Origin: an uncultured virus (IMG/VR IMGVR_UViG_3300006116_000009)
Taxonomy: Duplodnaviria; Heunggongvirae; Uroviricota; Caudoviricetes
DNA length: 20,000 bases
Virus record (IMG/VR): IMGVR_UViG_3300006116_000009
Reading direction: 5' to 3' (one strand)
Made by a program: the position numbers and the translations under genes
Notes under the pieces: generated by a model
What the model saw: only the letters and a program-made list of their open reading frames with translations
Database searches by the model: none
Told to the model about the DNA's origin: nothing
In this document: positions 1-8,298 of the stretch, one piece after another
Position numbering within the stretch: the first letter of the stretch is position 1
How the letters are laid out: every line of letters begins with the position of its first letter

Positions 1-66
1 TACGACGTGCCTGACGTGTACATGGTTTCACCAACCAACTTGCAAATTTTGATGAACGTTGCTTGA
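1..66 (+). CDS. 3' end of a CDS entering from the left (YDVPDVYMVSPTNLQILMNVA*)
   Basis: Frame 1 is open from base 1 to TGA at 64-66 and is followed by a promoter-like element. Too short to assign function. Confidence 0.5.
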   Translation, partial: YDVPDVYMVSPTNLQILMNVA

Positions 67-92
67 CGTTTGCCACTCAACTGTGGTACGGT
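63..92 (+). promoter_or_regulatory. Putative sigma70/SigA promoter
   Basis: TTGACG (63-68), 18 nt, then TACGGT (87-92) preceded by TGTGG (extended -10). Lies upstream of RBS AAAGGA and ATG 133. Confidence 0.5.
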
Positions 93-132
93 AGAATTAC
101 CGAACGAAGCGCACCATCACAAAGGATTACTT

Positions 133-501
133 ATGCGAGAATCTTTGCTAACGCAAATTGAAAAACAGCGTAATTACGACAAATGGAACAAAATCAACGC
201 TAAAGACCCGTGGGTTGTTCAGCCCAGCATTTGGGAAAAGAAGCACGAATTTAGGGCTAACAAGTGGCACGAGCAAACGGTTGCCGTAGAACCTGAACGC
301 CCAAGTGGTGAAATCATCTACACCCCCCACGATTGCCAGCGCCCCGGCGCAACGACGTTGCCTATTGGAACAATCTGGGAGTGCCGTACCTACACCAAGA
401 AAAACCCCGAAGGTATGTCATCAGTCTGCCGTGACCAATGGATTATTGAGGTAAGCGCCAACGGCGTAGCACTGTGGACGCTGTACAAGCGGTACTTTTA
501 G
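133..501 (+). CDS. Hypothetical phage protein, 122 aa, Trp-rich with three Cys (HDC..WEC..VC)
   Basis: ORF 70..501. ATG 133 has RBS AAAGGA at 121-126, so it is preferred over TTG 70. Confidence 0.75.
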   Translation: MRESLLTQIEKQRNYDKWNKINAKDPWVVQPSIWEKKHEFRANKWHEQTVAVEPERPSGEIIYTPHDCQRPGATTLPIGTIWECRTYTKKNPEGMSSVCRDQWIIEVSANGVALWTLYKRYF

Positions 502-701
502 TGCCACGCCCAAAGAAAACGGCGGTTGCGGAAACACCTGAACCATCAGGTCACGATGTAAGCATTGACCCATACAAGTCAGTGATGCTAAACACCACAT
601 TGTACGAAACGTATTGCACGTGTGGCTGGTGGCCCCCACGTTGGGTAAGCAAAGTACAAGCCGAATTGGAAGCAAAGAAGCACGTACTAAATCAAGGGTA
701 G
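501..701 (+). CDS. Small hypothetical protein with a CxCG motif and a C-terminal His (possible Zn finger)
   Basis: GTG 501 overlaps the upstream TAG. Sequence MPRPKKT...YCTCGWW...AKKH. Confidence 0.65.
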   Translation: MPRPKKTAVAETPEPSGHDVSIDPYKSVMLNTTLYETYCTCGWWPPRWVSKVQAELEAKKHVLNQG

Positions 702-781
702 CGTTATGGCTAACAACCCCACTCCAATCCCAAGCGTTCCTCGAATTAAGTATTAGTGAAATCTACTAGTAGCCTTATAGG

Positions 782-1264
782 GTGACCTGTATAGCCGCTT
801 GGAAAGACCGTAAGCAAGTGTGGATGGCTGGGGACGGTGGCGCATTTGACGACACCACGGTCATTATTTCGGCAGAACCAAAGGTTTGGAAATCCGATAC
901 AAGTTTGGTTGGCGTAGCCGGTTCGTTCCGAATAATGGACATTCTTCGGAAAAGCAATATTGGCGACCCGTACAAAATCCGTGATTTTCTTATTAGCAAG
1001 TCTAACGAAGCAATTTTCCCTACTGACTGGTCAGTGTTGGTAGCCAATAAAACGGGCATTTACGAAATAGGTTCCGATTTTGGCGTAGTGAAATCCGCCG
1101 AGAACTATGGGGCTACGGGGGCTAGCGCACAGTCAGCACTAAGCGCATTGTTTGTATTGGAACGTAAAGACGTGACACCACAGCAACGTATGGAATTAGT
1201 GATGAAAGCAACGGGCTACCACACCACAAACTCACGCCCACCTTTTACAGTTATTTCGCTATGA
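782..1264 (+). CDS. Ntn-hydrolase threonine peptidase, HslV/proteasome beta-subunit-like
   Basis: After Met removal: Thr1 (TCIAAW), Asp17 (MAGD) and Lys33 (EPKV) at the canonical proteasome spacing, plus GVAGS and YGATGAS in the GSG-equivalent position. TAGCCT -10 at 770-775 suggests a leaderless start. Confidence 0.8.
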   Translation: MTCIAAWKDRKQVWMAGDGGAFDDTTVIISAEPKVWKSDTSLVGVAGSFRIMDILRKSNIGDPYKIRDFLISKSNEAIFPTDWSVLVANKTGIYEIGSDFGVVKSAENYGATGASAQSALSALFVLERKDVTPQQRMELVMKATGYHTTNSRPPFTVISL

Positions 1265-1962
1265 AAGGCGTTTCTAACAACCCTGCTGGACGACCCGTTA
1301 CGTTGCCAAAAATCCCTTGCAAAAACTGCGGGCAAATATTTCAGCAAAAACAACACGACAGATTTTATTGTTCGTCTGCCTGTGGCAATGGCGGTAAATG
1401 GAGCCGATACCCCCACCCAAAAGGAATGACGGGGCATAAGCACACTGAAGAAAACAAAAAACTGTATGCCGAACACTCACGGCAAAGAATGGCAAATGAC
1501 AAAAAATTCAGGGAAAAGTCCATTACCGCAATGCGGAAAGGACGTGAGGAACAACTACGACTGGGCGGAAGTCCGACTAAGCATTTTACTAGGGGCAAGG
1601 GGGGGAAACGAGCCGACTTGAATAACCAATACTTTAGGTCATCTTGGGAAGCAAACTACGCAAGATGGTTAAATTATTTGATTGGTACGGGGGAAATAGA
1701 AAGTTGGCAATACGAACCAAAAACCTTTGAGTTTCCGACAGACGCAGGTGCAAAGTTTTACACGCCGGATTTCTTGGTGAAAAAAACAAACGAATATGAG
1801 TGGCACGAAGTCAAAGGGTGGCTTACGGAACAAGGCAAGGAAAAGTTAAAAAGATTTGCATTGTTCTACCCAAACGAAAAACTAATATTAATTGACCAAC
1901 AGGCGTATAGTGAAATAAAACTGCAAGCCAAAGAAACGCTGGAAAATTGGGAAAAAAAATGA
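1261..1962 (+). CDS. Probable free-standing homing endonuclease: Cys-rich region, NUMOD3-like motif and PD-(D/E)xK nuclease
   Basis: CKNC..YCSSAC, then GMTGHKHTEENKK (NUMOD3-like), then FRSSWEANYA..WQYEP..YTPDF..HEVKG. Visibly more A-rich than its neighbours, with ATGA overlaps on both sides. Confidence 0.75.
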   Translation: MKGVSNNPAGRPVTLPKIPCKNCGQIFQQKQHDRFYCSSACGNGGKWSRYPHPKGMTGHKHTEENKKLYAEHSRQRMANDKKFREKSITAMRKGREEQLRLGGSPTKHFTRGKGGKRADLNNQYFRSSWEANYARWLNYLIGTGEIESWQYEPKTFEFPTDAGAKFYTPDFLVKKTNEYEWHEVKGWLTEQGKEKLKRFALFYPNEKLILIDQQAYSEIKLQAKETLENWEKK

Positions 1963-2327
1963 AGTCTTACACGGTTACGTATGAATCCCGTCCTAACTTT
2001 GGAATAAACAAAGAAAGAACCGTACACCACATGGTTAGGGCAAAAATAACAAAAGAATGGCGAAAGGCGTTTTGCGAATTAGCACAAGCGGCGATGATTC
2101 CGCACATGGAGCAGGTCGAAATTATTATTCAGCCTTACGTTCTAAATGCAAGGTATCGGCAAGACGTTGCATTTGGGTGCGCACCTTTAGCAAAAGCGGC
2201 TATTGACGGATTGGTAGATGCTGGGATACTTATTGACGACCACGCCCAAATCGTGGTAAAATTGACTTTCCTTGCGCCGAAGTACGGCAAAGACGGTTTA
2301 TCGCTAACCATTGTTCAAGTCAAGTAG
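1959..2327 (+). CDS. rusA: RusA-like Holliday junction resolvase
   Basis: RQDVAFGCAPLAKAAIDGLVDAGILIDD matches the RusA D..K..D.L..AG...DD pattern. ATG 1959 overlaps the upstream TGA. Confidence 0.75.
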   Translation: MKSYTVTYESRPNFGINKERTVHHMVRAKITKEWRKAFCELAQAAMIPHMEQVEIIIQPYVLNARYRQDVAFGCAPLAKAAIDGLVDAGILIDDHAQIVVKLTFLAPKYGKDGLSLTIVQVK

Positions 2328-2399
2328 CACAAGGGTGTGACATAACACCACCCGACTTTGGAAACCCTACTATACTAAATCGGTACAAGGAGAAACACT

Positions 2400-2672
2400 A
2401 TGACCCCCAACGACGATTTCACTACCCCCCTCGACGCTCGCAAGGAAGTCGAAGCCGACTTTTCACCAGAAGTAGCATCGCTTCTTTCGCACATTCGTGA
2501 CATCTGCCGTGAAATGCGCAAGCACGAACAGCAAGTCATTGAATTGGGTCGTGAACGTCGCCAGACCGTCACCCGACTTCGTGAAAAGGGTGTCACGTGG
2601 CGCAAGATTGCGGAGTGGGCTGAAACCACCGACCAAGCCTTGTACAAGCACCACAACCGAGATACTAAGTAG
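2400..2672 (+). CDS. Small helix-turn-helix DNA-binding protein with N-terminal coiled coil
   Basis: LREKGVTWRKIAEWAETTDQALYKH is an HTH pattern. RBS AAGGAG is upstream. Confidence 0.75.
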   Translation: MTPNDDFTTPLDARKEVEADFSPEVASLLSHIRDICREMRKHEQQVIELGRERRQTVTRLREKGVTWRKIAEWAETTDQALYKHHNRDTK

Positions 2673-2682
2673 TTTTGCCGGT

Positions 2683-2730
2683 TATAGCAATTTCGCTATA
2701 CTTGACCTAGCAACTAAACTAGGGTATAAT
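2683..2730 (+). promoter_or_regulatory. Near-consensus promoter of the helicase gene with an adjacent inverted repeat
   Basis: TTGACC (2702-2707), 17 nt, TATAAT (2725-2730), ATG 8 nt later with no SD. TATAGC-N6-GCTATA lies at 2683-2700. Confidence 0.8.
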
Positions 2731-2738
2731 AGTGATGT

Positions 2739-5700
2739 ATGCCTAGTTACCCGTTACTTGCAAATGCCGTTCGTGCTTTAGCCAATCAAGATGATGGCGC
2801 AGTTCGACGTGACGGTGTTGGCTTCAACGGTGGGGATACCAAGTTTGGCAATCGCCTAGCCCAAGTACCAGACGAAGCGTGGTCGCCAGAAATGGCACTA
2901 GAAGCGTGGCAGATGCTGGGTAAGTACCGTGAGCAACTGCAACGGATAGGCATTGACTTTAGCAAAGTCCCTGAACCAATCGTGTCCGAAAAATCAAAGG
3001 CTATTGCACGTGGTGTTAAGGCAGTAGACATTAGAAACAATCACGTGGTGGTGTTTATCCCCTACGGTGAGCCACTGTACCCTAAAGTCCCCCTGACCGC
3101 AGTATGGAACCGTGACATCAAAGGCTGGGTCGTAGCAAAGGAAAAGTACGGCGCAGTATTGGGCTGGGCTGAAAAGAACAAAGTGCCGGTATCTGACCGT
3201 GCCAAAGAATTTCTAGGCAAAGTACCGCCAATAGAAAATGCCAAATGGAATGGTGAAGTAGTTTTAGAAAAAGGGCAACTTGTAATCAGGTTTGACTACA
3301 ACGTAGAAATCCTTGATTCCGTCCGTAGCCTAAGCCAACGTCATTACAACGCCGAAGACAAAACGTGGTCTACCCCAAAAGAAAACGTAATGGCAGTCAA
3401 GGAATTGGCAGCGAAGCACCAACTTTTCCTGACCGAAGATGTCAAGCGATTGCACGGCGAAGAAATCAAACCTTGCCCCAAGATTGGCGTGTTGCATGAC
3501 AAATTTGCCATCACCTTCAACTACCAATCAAACATGGTCAGCGAAATTAGGCAGATGCCTGGGTCTGTGTGGTCACCAGACGAACGTGTTTGGGTTATCC
3601 CTGTAGAAAGTGTCCAAGAAGTAAGGGATTTCGTCACCAAGCACGAAGTTGAAATTTCCAAAGATGCGGAACTGTTGTTTATCGAAGCAGACACGGTGGC
3701 AGAAATTATCGAGTCATCACAGGCGCACGATGCCGACATTGACATCAAGGGGTTTGGTGACGAGCAGTACAAATTGTTCCCGTTCCAACGTGCCGGTGTT
3801 GCTTACGCTATGCAAGCAATGGGATACGAACACCACGAAGGCGAATGGAAGCAAAACACGCCAACCACTGGTGGCGTACTTGTAGGCGACGAAATGGGAT
3901 TAGGTAAGGCGCAGGTTCACGGAACAAAAGTTCTTACGCCTAAGGGCTGGACAAACATTGAGAACTTATCGGTTGGCGATGAGGTGATTGGGTCTAACGG
4001 ACACGCCACAAAAGTCACGGGAGTATTCCCTCGTGGCGAAATGGATGTGTTCACCGTTGGCTTCAATGACGGTTCAACCTTAGACGTATCGGGCGACCAC
4101 CTATGGGCAGTTCAGAGTGTCCAAAACGGATACCGTAAGCCCGACGAATGGCAAGTTAGAGATACTAACTACCTCGCAGAAAATCTCATAGACGGCGCTG
4201 GCAACTCAAAATGGAAAATCCCATTAGTTCAGCCTGTTTACTTTGAGGGCAACGAACCGCTACCAATTGACCCTTACCTTTTAGGAGTGCTGTTGGGTGA
4301 CGGTTGTTTAGGCGGTGCGAGCATAAGTGTCACATCAGCAGATGAATTTATTATTGAGGAAGTCAAAAAGCGTATACCTGAGGGTATGGGTATGACTAAG
4401 CACGGCGAATACGACTATCGCCTTGTATCACCAAGGGCAGGTCTGCCAAATGAACTAGGGCGCACGCTAAGTAAGTTGGGGCTTCGCCTAGGGTCTGGCG
4501 AAAAGTTTATTCCCGAAATGTACTTACGCTCAACGCCCGAAAACCGCCTTGCCCTGTTGCGTGGTCTAATGGACACTGACGGATTTGCCGGTAAAGACGG
4601 AACGAACGAGTTTGTAAGCATTAGTAAAGACCTTGCTGATGGGGTGACGGAGTTGGTTCAAAGTCTCGGCGGTGTAGTGCGCCGTAGCACTAAGCAACCT
4701 ACAAAAAACGGTGCTGATTACGGTCAGTTGGCGTATCGGGTAAATATAAAGTTGATGGACTGTCCATTCTTTATGCCACGCAAAGCAAATGATTGGGTCA
4801 AGCCAACCAAGTATCCACCTAACCGAAACATAAAGTCAATTACGCCCAATGGTCGTGGGCAGGTGACTTGTATTGCCGTGGAAGCACAAGACCACTTATA
4901 CGTCACAGAGCATTACCTAGTGACGCACAACACACCGCAGGGTCTAGCCATTGTCAAAGCGGCTAATGCTTTTCCAGCAGTCATAGTCGTCCCAGCCAGC
5001 CTGAAACTGAACTGGGAACGGGAAGCCAAGCGTTGGATAAAGGGCGTGAAGGTAGCCGTTCTAGGTGGCACTACGGGCGAAGTACCCGAAGCCGAAATCT
5101 ACGTCATCAACTACGACGTACTTACCCATTGGGTGGATAAATTTCCACATATCAAGGCATTGGTCTTGGACGAAAGCCACTACATCAAGAACGGGTCAGC
5201 ACAGCGTTCCAAAGCGTGTGTACGCCTGTCGGACAAGGTGGTCGAGGGTGGCATACGTGTCTGCCTATCAGGGACACCTATCGTCAATCAGCCCACGGAA
5301 ATCATCACCCAACTACGGGTTATCAACCGTCTAGATGAATTCGGTGGTGCGACTAAGTTTCGCAACACCTATGGTAGTGCTAGTGGTCGAAGCCTTGCCG
5401 CCCTGAACCGCAAACTACGTTCCACCTGTTACGTTCGTCGCCGGAAAGCCGACGTGCTAACTGAACTGCCCCCAAAGCGTTGGTCGCAAGTGTTCGTCGA
5501 AGGCAACGCCAAGGTGATGAAGGAATACCGTGAAGCGGAAGCAGACATTGTAAATTACCTAGCCGACCTAGCACGGGAAATTGCATTGGAATCGGGCGCA
5601 ACGGATAAAGAAGCACAAAACGAAGCGTGGCGCAAAGCACTAAAGGCTCGAGCCGCCGAACAGTTGGTTGCTATTTCCACCTTGAAGCAGTTAGCCGCCA

Positions 5701-6224
5701 AAGCCAAAATGGAAGCCGCCCGTGAATGGATTGACAACTTTGTAGATGGCGATAAGAAGTTGGTGGTGTTTGGTTGGCACCGTTCAGTCGTAAATGAAAT
5801 TGCCGACAACTTTAGCAACGGCGTGAAAATTCAAGGTGGGCTAACCCCCGAAAAGCGTCAAGAAGCCGTGGACGCATTCCAAAACGACGACAAACAAAAA
5901 GTGATTGCTTGCAATATCAAAGCCGCTGGGGTTGGACTTACGCTAACTGCCGCTAGTGATGTGTTGTTCCTCGAGCAAGGGTGGACACCAAGTGACATGG
6001 AACAAGCAGTAGACCGTTGCCACCGTATCGGTCAGCAAGACAGCGTGACTGGTTGGCTTATGTTGTGCGCTAACACCATTGACGAAGACATTGCCGTACT
6101 GATTGACAACAAGCGTTCTATCGTAGACCGTGCCATTGACGGGTCAAATGATGACGAAGAAGAAGCACGTTCTATTGTGGGCGACTTGTTGGTAAGTCTG
6201 GCAGAACGTGGACTAAATCGGTAA
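2739..6224 (+). CDS. SNF2-family (SMARCAL1/HARP-like) helicase/ATPase precursor containing an intein
   Basis: GDEMGLGK|intein|T Walker A, VVPASL, LVLDESH (DExH), LSGTP, GVGLTL and QAVDRCHRIGQ motifs. Three N-terminal F.Y...W....K.W repeats. Confidence 0.92.
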   Translation: MPSYPLLANAVRALANQDDGAVRRDGVGFNGGDTKFGNRLAQVPDEAWSPEMALEAWQMLGKYREQLQRIGIDFSKVPEPIVSEKSKAIARGVKAVDIRNNHVVVFIPYGEPLYPKVPLTAVWNRDIKGWVVAKEKYGAVLGWAEKNKVPVSDRAKEFLGKVPPIENAKWNGEVVLEKGQLVIRFDYNVEILDSVRSLSQRHYNAEDKTWSTPKENVMAVKELAAKHQLFLTEDVKRLHGEEIKPCPKIGVLHDKFAITFNYQSNMVSEIRQMPGSVWSPDERVWVIPVESVQEVRDFVTKHEVEISKDAELLFIEADTVAEIIESSQAHDADIDIKGFGDEQYKLFPFQRAGVAYAMQAMGYEHHEGEWKQNTPTTGGVLVGDEMGLGKAQVHGTKVLTPKGWTNIENLSVGDEVIGSNGHATKVTGVFPRGEMDVFTVGFNDGSTLDVSGDHLWAVQSVQNGYRKPDEWQVRDTNYLAENLIDGAGNSKWKIPLVQPVYFEGNEPLPIDPYLLGVLLGDGCLGGASISVTSADEFIIEEVKKRIPEGMGMTKHGEYDYRLVSPRAGLPNELGRTLSKLGLRLGSGEKFIPEMYLRSTPENRLALLRGLMDTDGFAGKDGTNEFVSISKDLADGVTELVQSLGGVVRRSTKQPTKNGADYGQLAYRVNIKLMDCPFFMPRKANDWVKPTKYPPNRNIKSITPNGRGQVTCIAVEAQDHLYVTEHYLVTHNTPQGLAIVKAANAFPAVIVVPASLKLNWEREAKRWIKGVKVAVLGGTTGEVPEAEIYVINYDVLTHWVDKFPHIKALVLDESHYIKNGSAQRSKACVRLSDKVVEGGIRVCLSGTPIVNQPTEIITQLRVINRLDEFGGATKFRNTYGSASGRSLAALNRKLRSTCYVRRRKADVLTELPPKRWSQVFVEGNAKVMKEYREAEADIVNYLADLAREIALESGATDKEAQNEAWRKALKARAAEQLVAISTLKQLAAKAKMEAAREWIDNFVDGDKKLVVFGWHRSVVNEIADNFSNGVKIQGGLTPEKRQEAVDAFQNDDKQKVIACNIKAAGVGLTLTAASDVLFLEQGWTPSDMEQAVDRCHRIGQQDSVTGWLMLCANTIDEDIAVLIDNKRSIVDRAIDGSNDDEEEARSIVGDLLVSLAERGLNR
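3909..4931 (+). mobile_element. Class 3 (Ala1, WCT) intein with LAGLIDADG homing endonuclease, 341 aa
   Basis: Starts AQVHGTKVLTPKGW, block B SGDHLW, LAGLIDADG motifs LLGVLLGDG and LLRGLMDTDG, block F VTCIAV, ends LVTHN/T. Removal restores GLGKT. Confidence 0.93.
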
Positions 6225-6449
6225 TTACTTACCGGAAATGCTTAGGGCGTAAGTCGTAGCCTGTTGCGCCCTAGCCTTTAGCAACGGGGCATCAGGACTA
6301 CCATTCGCCTGTGACACGGCAAGTCGTTTCCAAAGTTCGCTGGCATCAGCAAGGGCTTTAGCAATACGGGCGTACTGCGAAGAAGCGTATTCTTCACCCT
6401 CAAAACGGTCAGTCAGCAGGGCGCTGGTAGTGAAATCAGGCGTTGGCAA
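6225..6449 (-). CDS. Leader-family protein 1, 74 aa, Ala-rich helical
   Basis: TTG start with AGGAGG 5 nt upstream. N-terminus DFTTSALL. RFEGEEY resembles a degenerate PFEGNQY. Confidence 0.7.
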   Translation of the reverse strand: MPTPDFTTSALLTDRFEGEEYASSQYARIAKALADASELWKRLAVSQANGSPDAPLLKARAQQATTYALSISGK

Positions 6450-6852
6450 CGGAGCCTCCTGTGGTCACACCCGTCACGGGGGTCGAGTCGTTCATCACCA
6501 TAGCATTTGCCGATTGCGAAGCGTCAGCAGCAGCCTGAGTTGCCCCTCGAGCGTTCAGCCCGTCAGTTTTGGAATTCTCGGTTGCTGCGTGTTCGTGCAA
6601 GTCAGCAGCGTGGTTATTCATTTCGGCATACTTGGGGTTGGTCTTGGCAAATGCTTGCGCCACCTTACGGTGTTCCTCCGCCAATCGCAAGTGCGTTTCT
6701 TTCCTAGCCTTCATGTCTTGTTTGCTAGAAATGTTGTGGGCATCAGTAGCCAACAACGCCAACTTTTGCCCTTCAGCAGTGTGGCGTGGCAAGGCGTGGT
6801 TCTTTGGATACCGAGACTTACCCTTGAGTAATGCTTCGGTAGTGAAATCCAT
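6436..6852 (-). CDS. Leader-family protein 2, 138 aa, Ala/His-rich helical
   Basis: MDFTTEALLKGKSRYP, with HLRLAEEH..HAADLHEHAA. ATG overlaps the upstream stop. Confidence 0.8.
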   Translation of the reverse strand: MDFTTEALLKGKSRYPKNHALPRHTAEGQKLALLATDAHNISSKQDMKARKETHLRLAEEHRKVAQAFAKTNPKYAEMNNHAADLHEHAATENSKTDGLNARGATQAAADASQSANAMVMNDSTPVTGVTTGGSVANA

Positions 6853-7406
6853 TAGTACCCAGTGGCAAATAAGGCTTCGTTGTACCCTTGACGTGACATA
6901 ACAAACGCACGGTGGCTAGCAAGCCAAGCGTCCTTGATAGGGCTGTCCCAATCGGGAATACGAATGTTGTCACGGTCAGAATTGGAATTCTGGTGGCGAT
7001 TGTCAGTACTGAAATCCACAGCCTGTGGACTACCAGCGACGTTCTGCATACAAACCTTTGACGCTTGCAAGTGTGCGCCGTAAGCATCACCATGTGCCGA
7101 AACAGCCTTGACGTTGCTAGCAGGGTTGGCGTTCTTCATGTCTTGCGCAAGTTGGTAGTGGGCTTGCGCCAAGGCATTGTGTAGTTGCGCCATGCTGGTG
7201 TAGTCATCAGCACTAAGGGGGGCAGACTGACCAAAATGTGCCGATTCTTGTTGGTCGGAAATCAACCCAGCCTGACGGTACAAATCAGCGGAACGAAGGG
7301 CAAAAGGGTTGTTAGTAGCCATACCAGCAGGGGTAAACGAAGGTAGATAGTTGAAGTCACTGGAACCCTTTGTAATGTTTTCTGGTGAAAAACGGTTATT
7401 GTTCAC
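6852..7406 (-). CDS. Leader-family protein 3, 184 aa
   Basis: GTG with RBS GGAAGGA. Sequence RFSPENITKG, LHNALAQAH..AHGDAYGAH. Confidence 0.8.
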   Translation of the reverse strand: MNNNRFSPENITKGSSDFNYLPSFTPAGMATNNPFALRSADLYRQAGLISDQQESAHFGQSAPLSADDYTSMAQLHNALAQAHYQLAQDMKNANPASNVKAVSAHGDAYGAHLQASKVCMQNVAGSPQAVDFSTDNRHQNSNSDRDNIRIPDWDSPIKDAWLASHRAFVMSRQGYNEALFATGY

Positions 7407-7455
7407 GGATTTCCTTCCCTGCGTATCGCTACAAATCTACACCCACATTTAGAAA

Positions 7456-8298
7456 TTAGTCAGTTCGCACTTGCTTTAGGGCTTCGTTCTTTGCCTTATC
7501 AGCCTGCTGTGACATTTCCAATGCGTTTTGTGATGCTTTTTTGTTATTTCCATACGTAACGTCAGCCTGTGGTTTCCAACCACCCTCGACTTTGGAAGTG
7601 GAATAAGCGTTCTGGTCTGCGGCGTTCCCTGCGGTGAAATGGGCTTGTGCCGCTTGACGGTTGATAACGGCAGCGTTAGTTAGGGTGCGTGATAAATCAT
7701 TTTCACCACCGCCATTATTGGCACGGGCAATAGACGCTTGTAGTTCTAGCCCTTCGGCAACACCACGATGTTCGTGTGCCAAAGTCCAATGGACACCAGC
7801 AATAGCCTTTAGGTTGGGGTGTGGATTGGTCACGGGGGTGTCGTAGTACCCAAGTACCTGTTCGGCATCAGGGGCAAGGTCAGGGTCAATAAATTGCCCC
7901 TTGTTGATTACTGCTTGGTTGGCGGCATTCGTAAAATTGGCAGCCCGTGACGAATACTGTTGGGCTTTTTGCGAAGTTAGGGCATTGGAAGCAATTGAAT
8001 TACCCGTGACGGGGCGAATGGCGTTTATTTCACTAGCCGCATCGTCGTGGGCTTGCGCTGCTTCCAAATGTGCTTGTTTAGCCTTACCAGACGGTAACTT
8101 GCTAGCAATAGCCCTATGTTCACTAGCAATCTTGCGGTGTGTTTTCACCGTGTTGGGCAAATCATCTTCCAGCGTTTCCCGAAGCCCATTGGCTTGACCA
8201 GAAAGGGCTGCTGACTGTTGGTTTATCCCAACGCCTAGTTTGGAAACGGGATACCGTGACAGCGACTTTAGAAGTTCTGAGGTAGAAAACCCAGACAT
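7456..8298 (-). CDS. Leader-family protein 4, 280 aa, two His/Ala modules
   Basis: MSGFSTSELLKSLSRYPVSK, THRKIASEH..AHLEAAQAH, internal INKG, then a second module VHWTLAHEH..NRQAAQAH. Confidence 0.82.
   Translation of the reverse strand: MSGFSTSELLKSLSRYPVSKLGVGINQQSAALSGQANGLRETLEDDLPNTVKTHRKIASEHRAIASKLPSGKAKQAHLEAAQAHDDAASEINAIRPVTGNSIASNALTSQKAQQYSSRAANFTNAANQAVINKGQFIDPDLAPDAEQVLGYYDTPVTNPHPNLKAIAGVHWTLAHEHRGVAEGLELQASIARANNGGGENDLSRTLTNAAVINRQAAQAHFTAGNAADQNAYSTSKVEGGWKPQADVTYGNNKKASQNALEMSQQADKAKNEALKQVRTD

Noticed and set aside
706..756. 16-codon ORF MANNPTPIPSVPRIKY filling an intergenic gap
   Set aside because: It is too short, with no clear SD or motif. It may be real but cannot be supported.
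2400..2430. HTH protein N-terminus DDFTTPL resembling the family leader
   Set aside because: Leu spacing differs and there is no KG site or His/Ala body. The resemblance is explained by an antisense TAGTGAAATC copy.
6219..6234. CGGTAA-TTAC-TTACCG hairpin at the convergent gene junction
   Set aside because: A 6-bp stem with no U-tract is too weak to call a terminator.
6430..6901. Plus-strand ORFs 6430-6831, 6507-6707 and 6569-6901
   Set aside because: They are antisense shadows. The minus-strand ORFs have coupled starts and stops, RBSs and family motifs.
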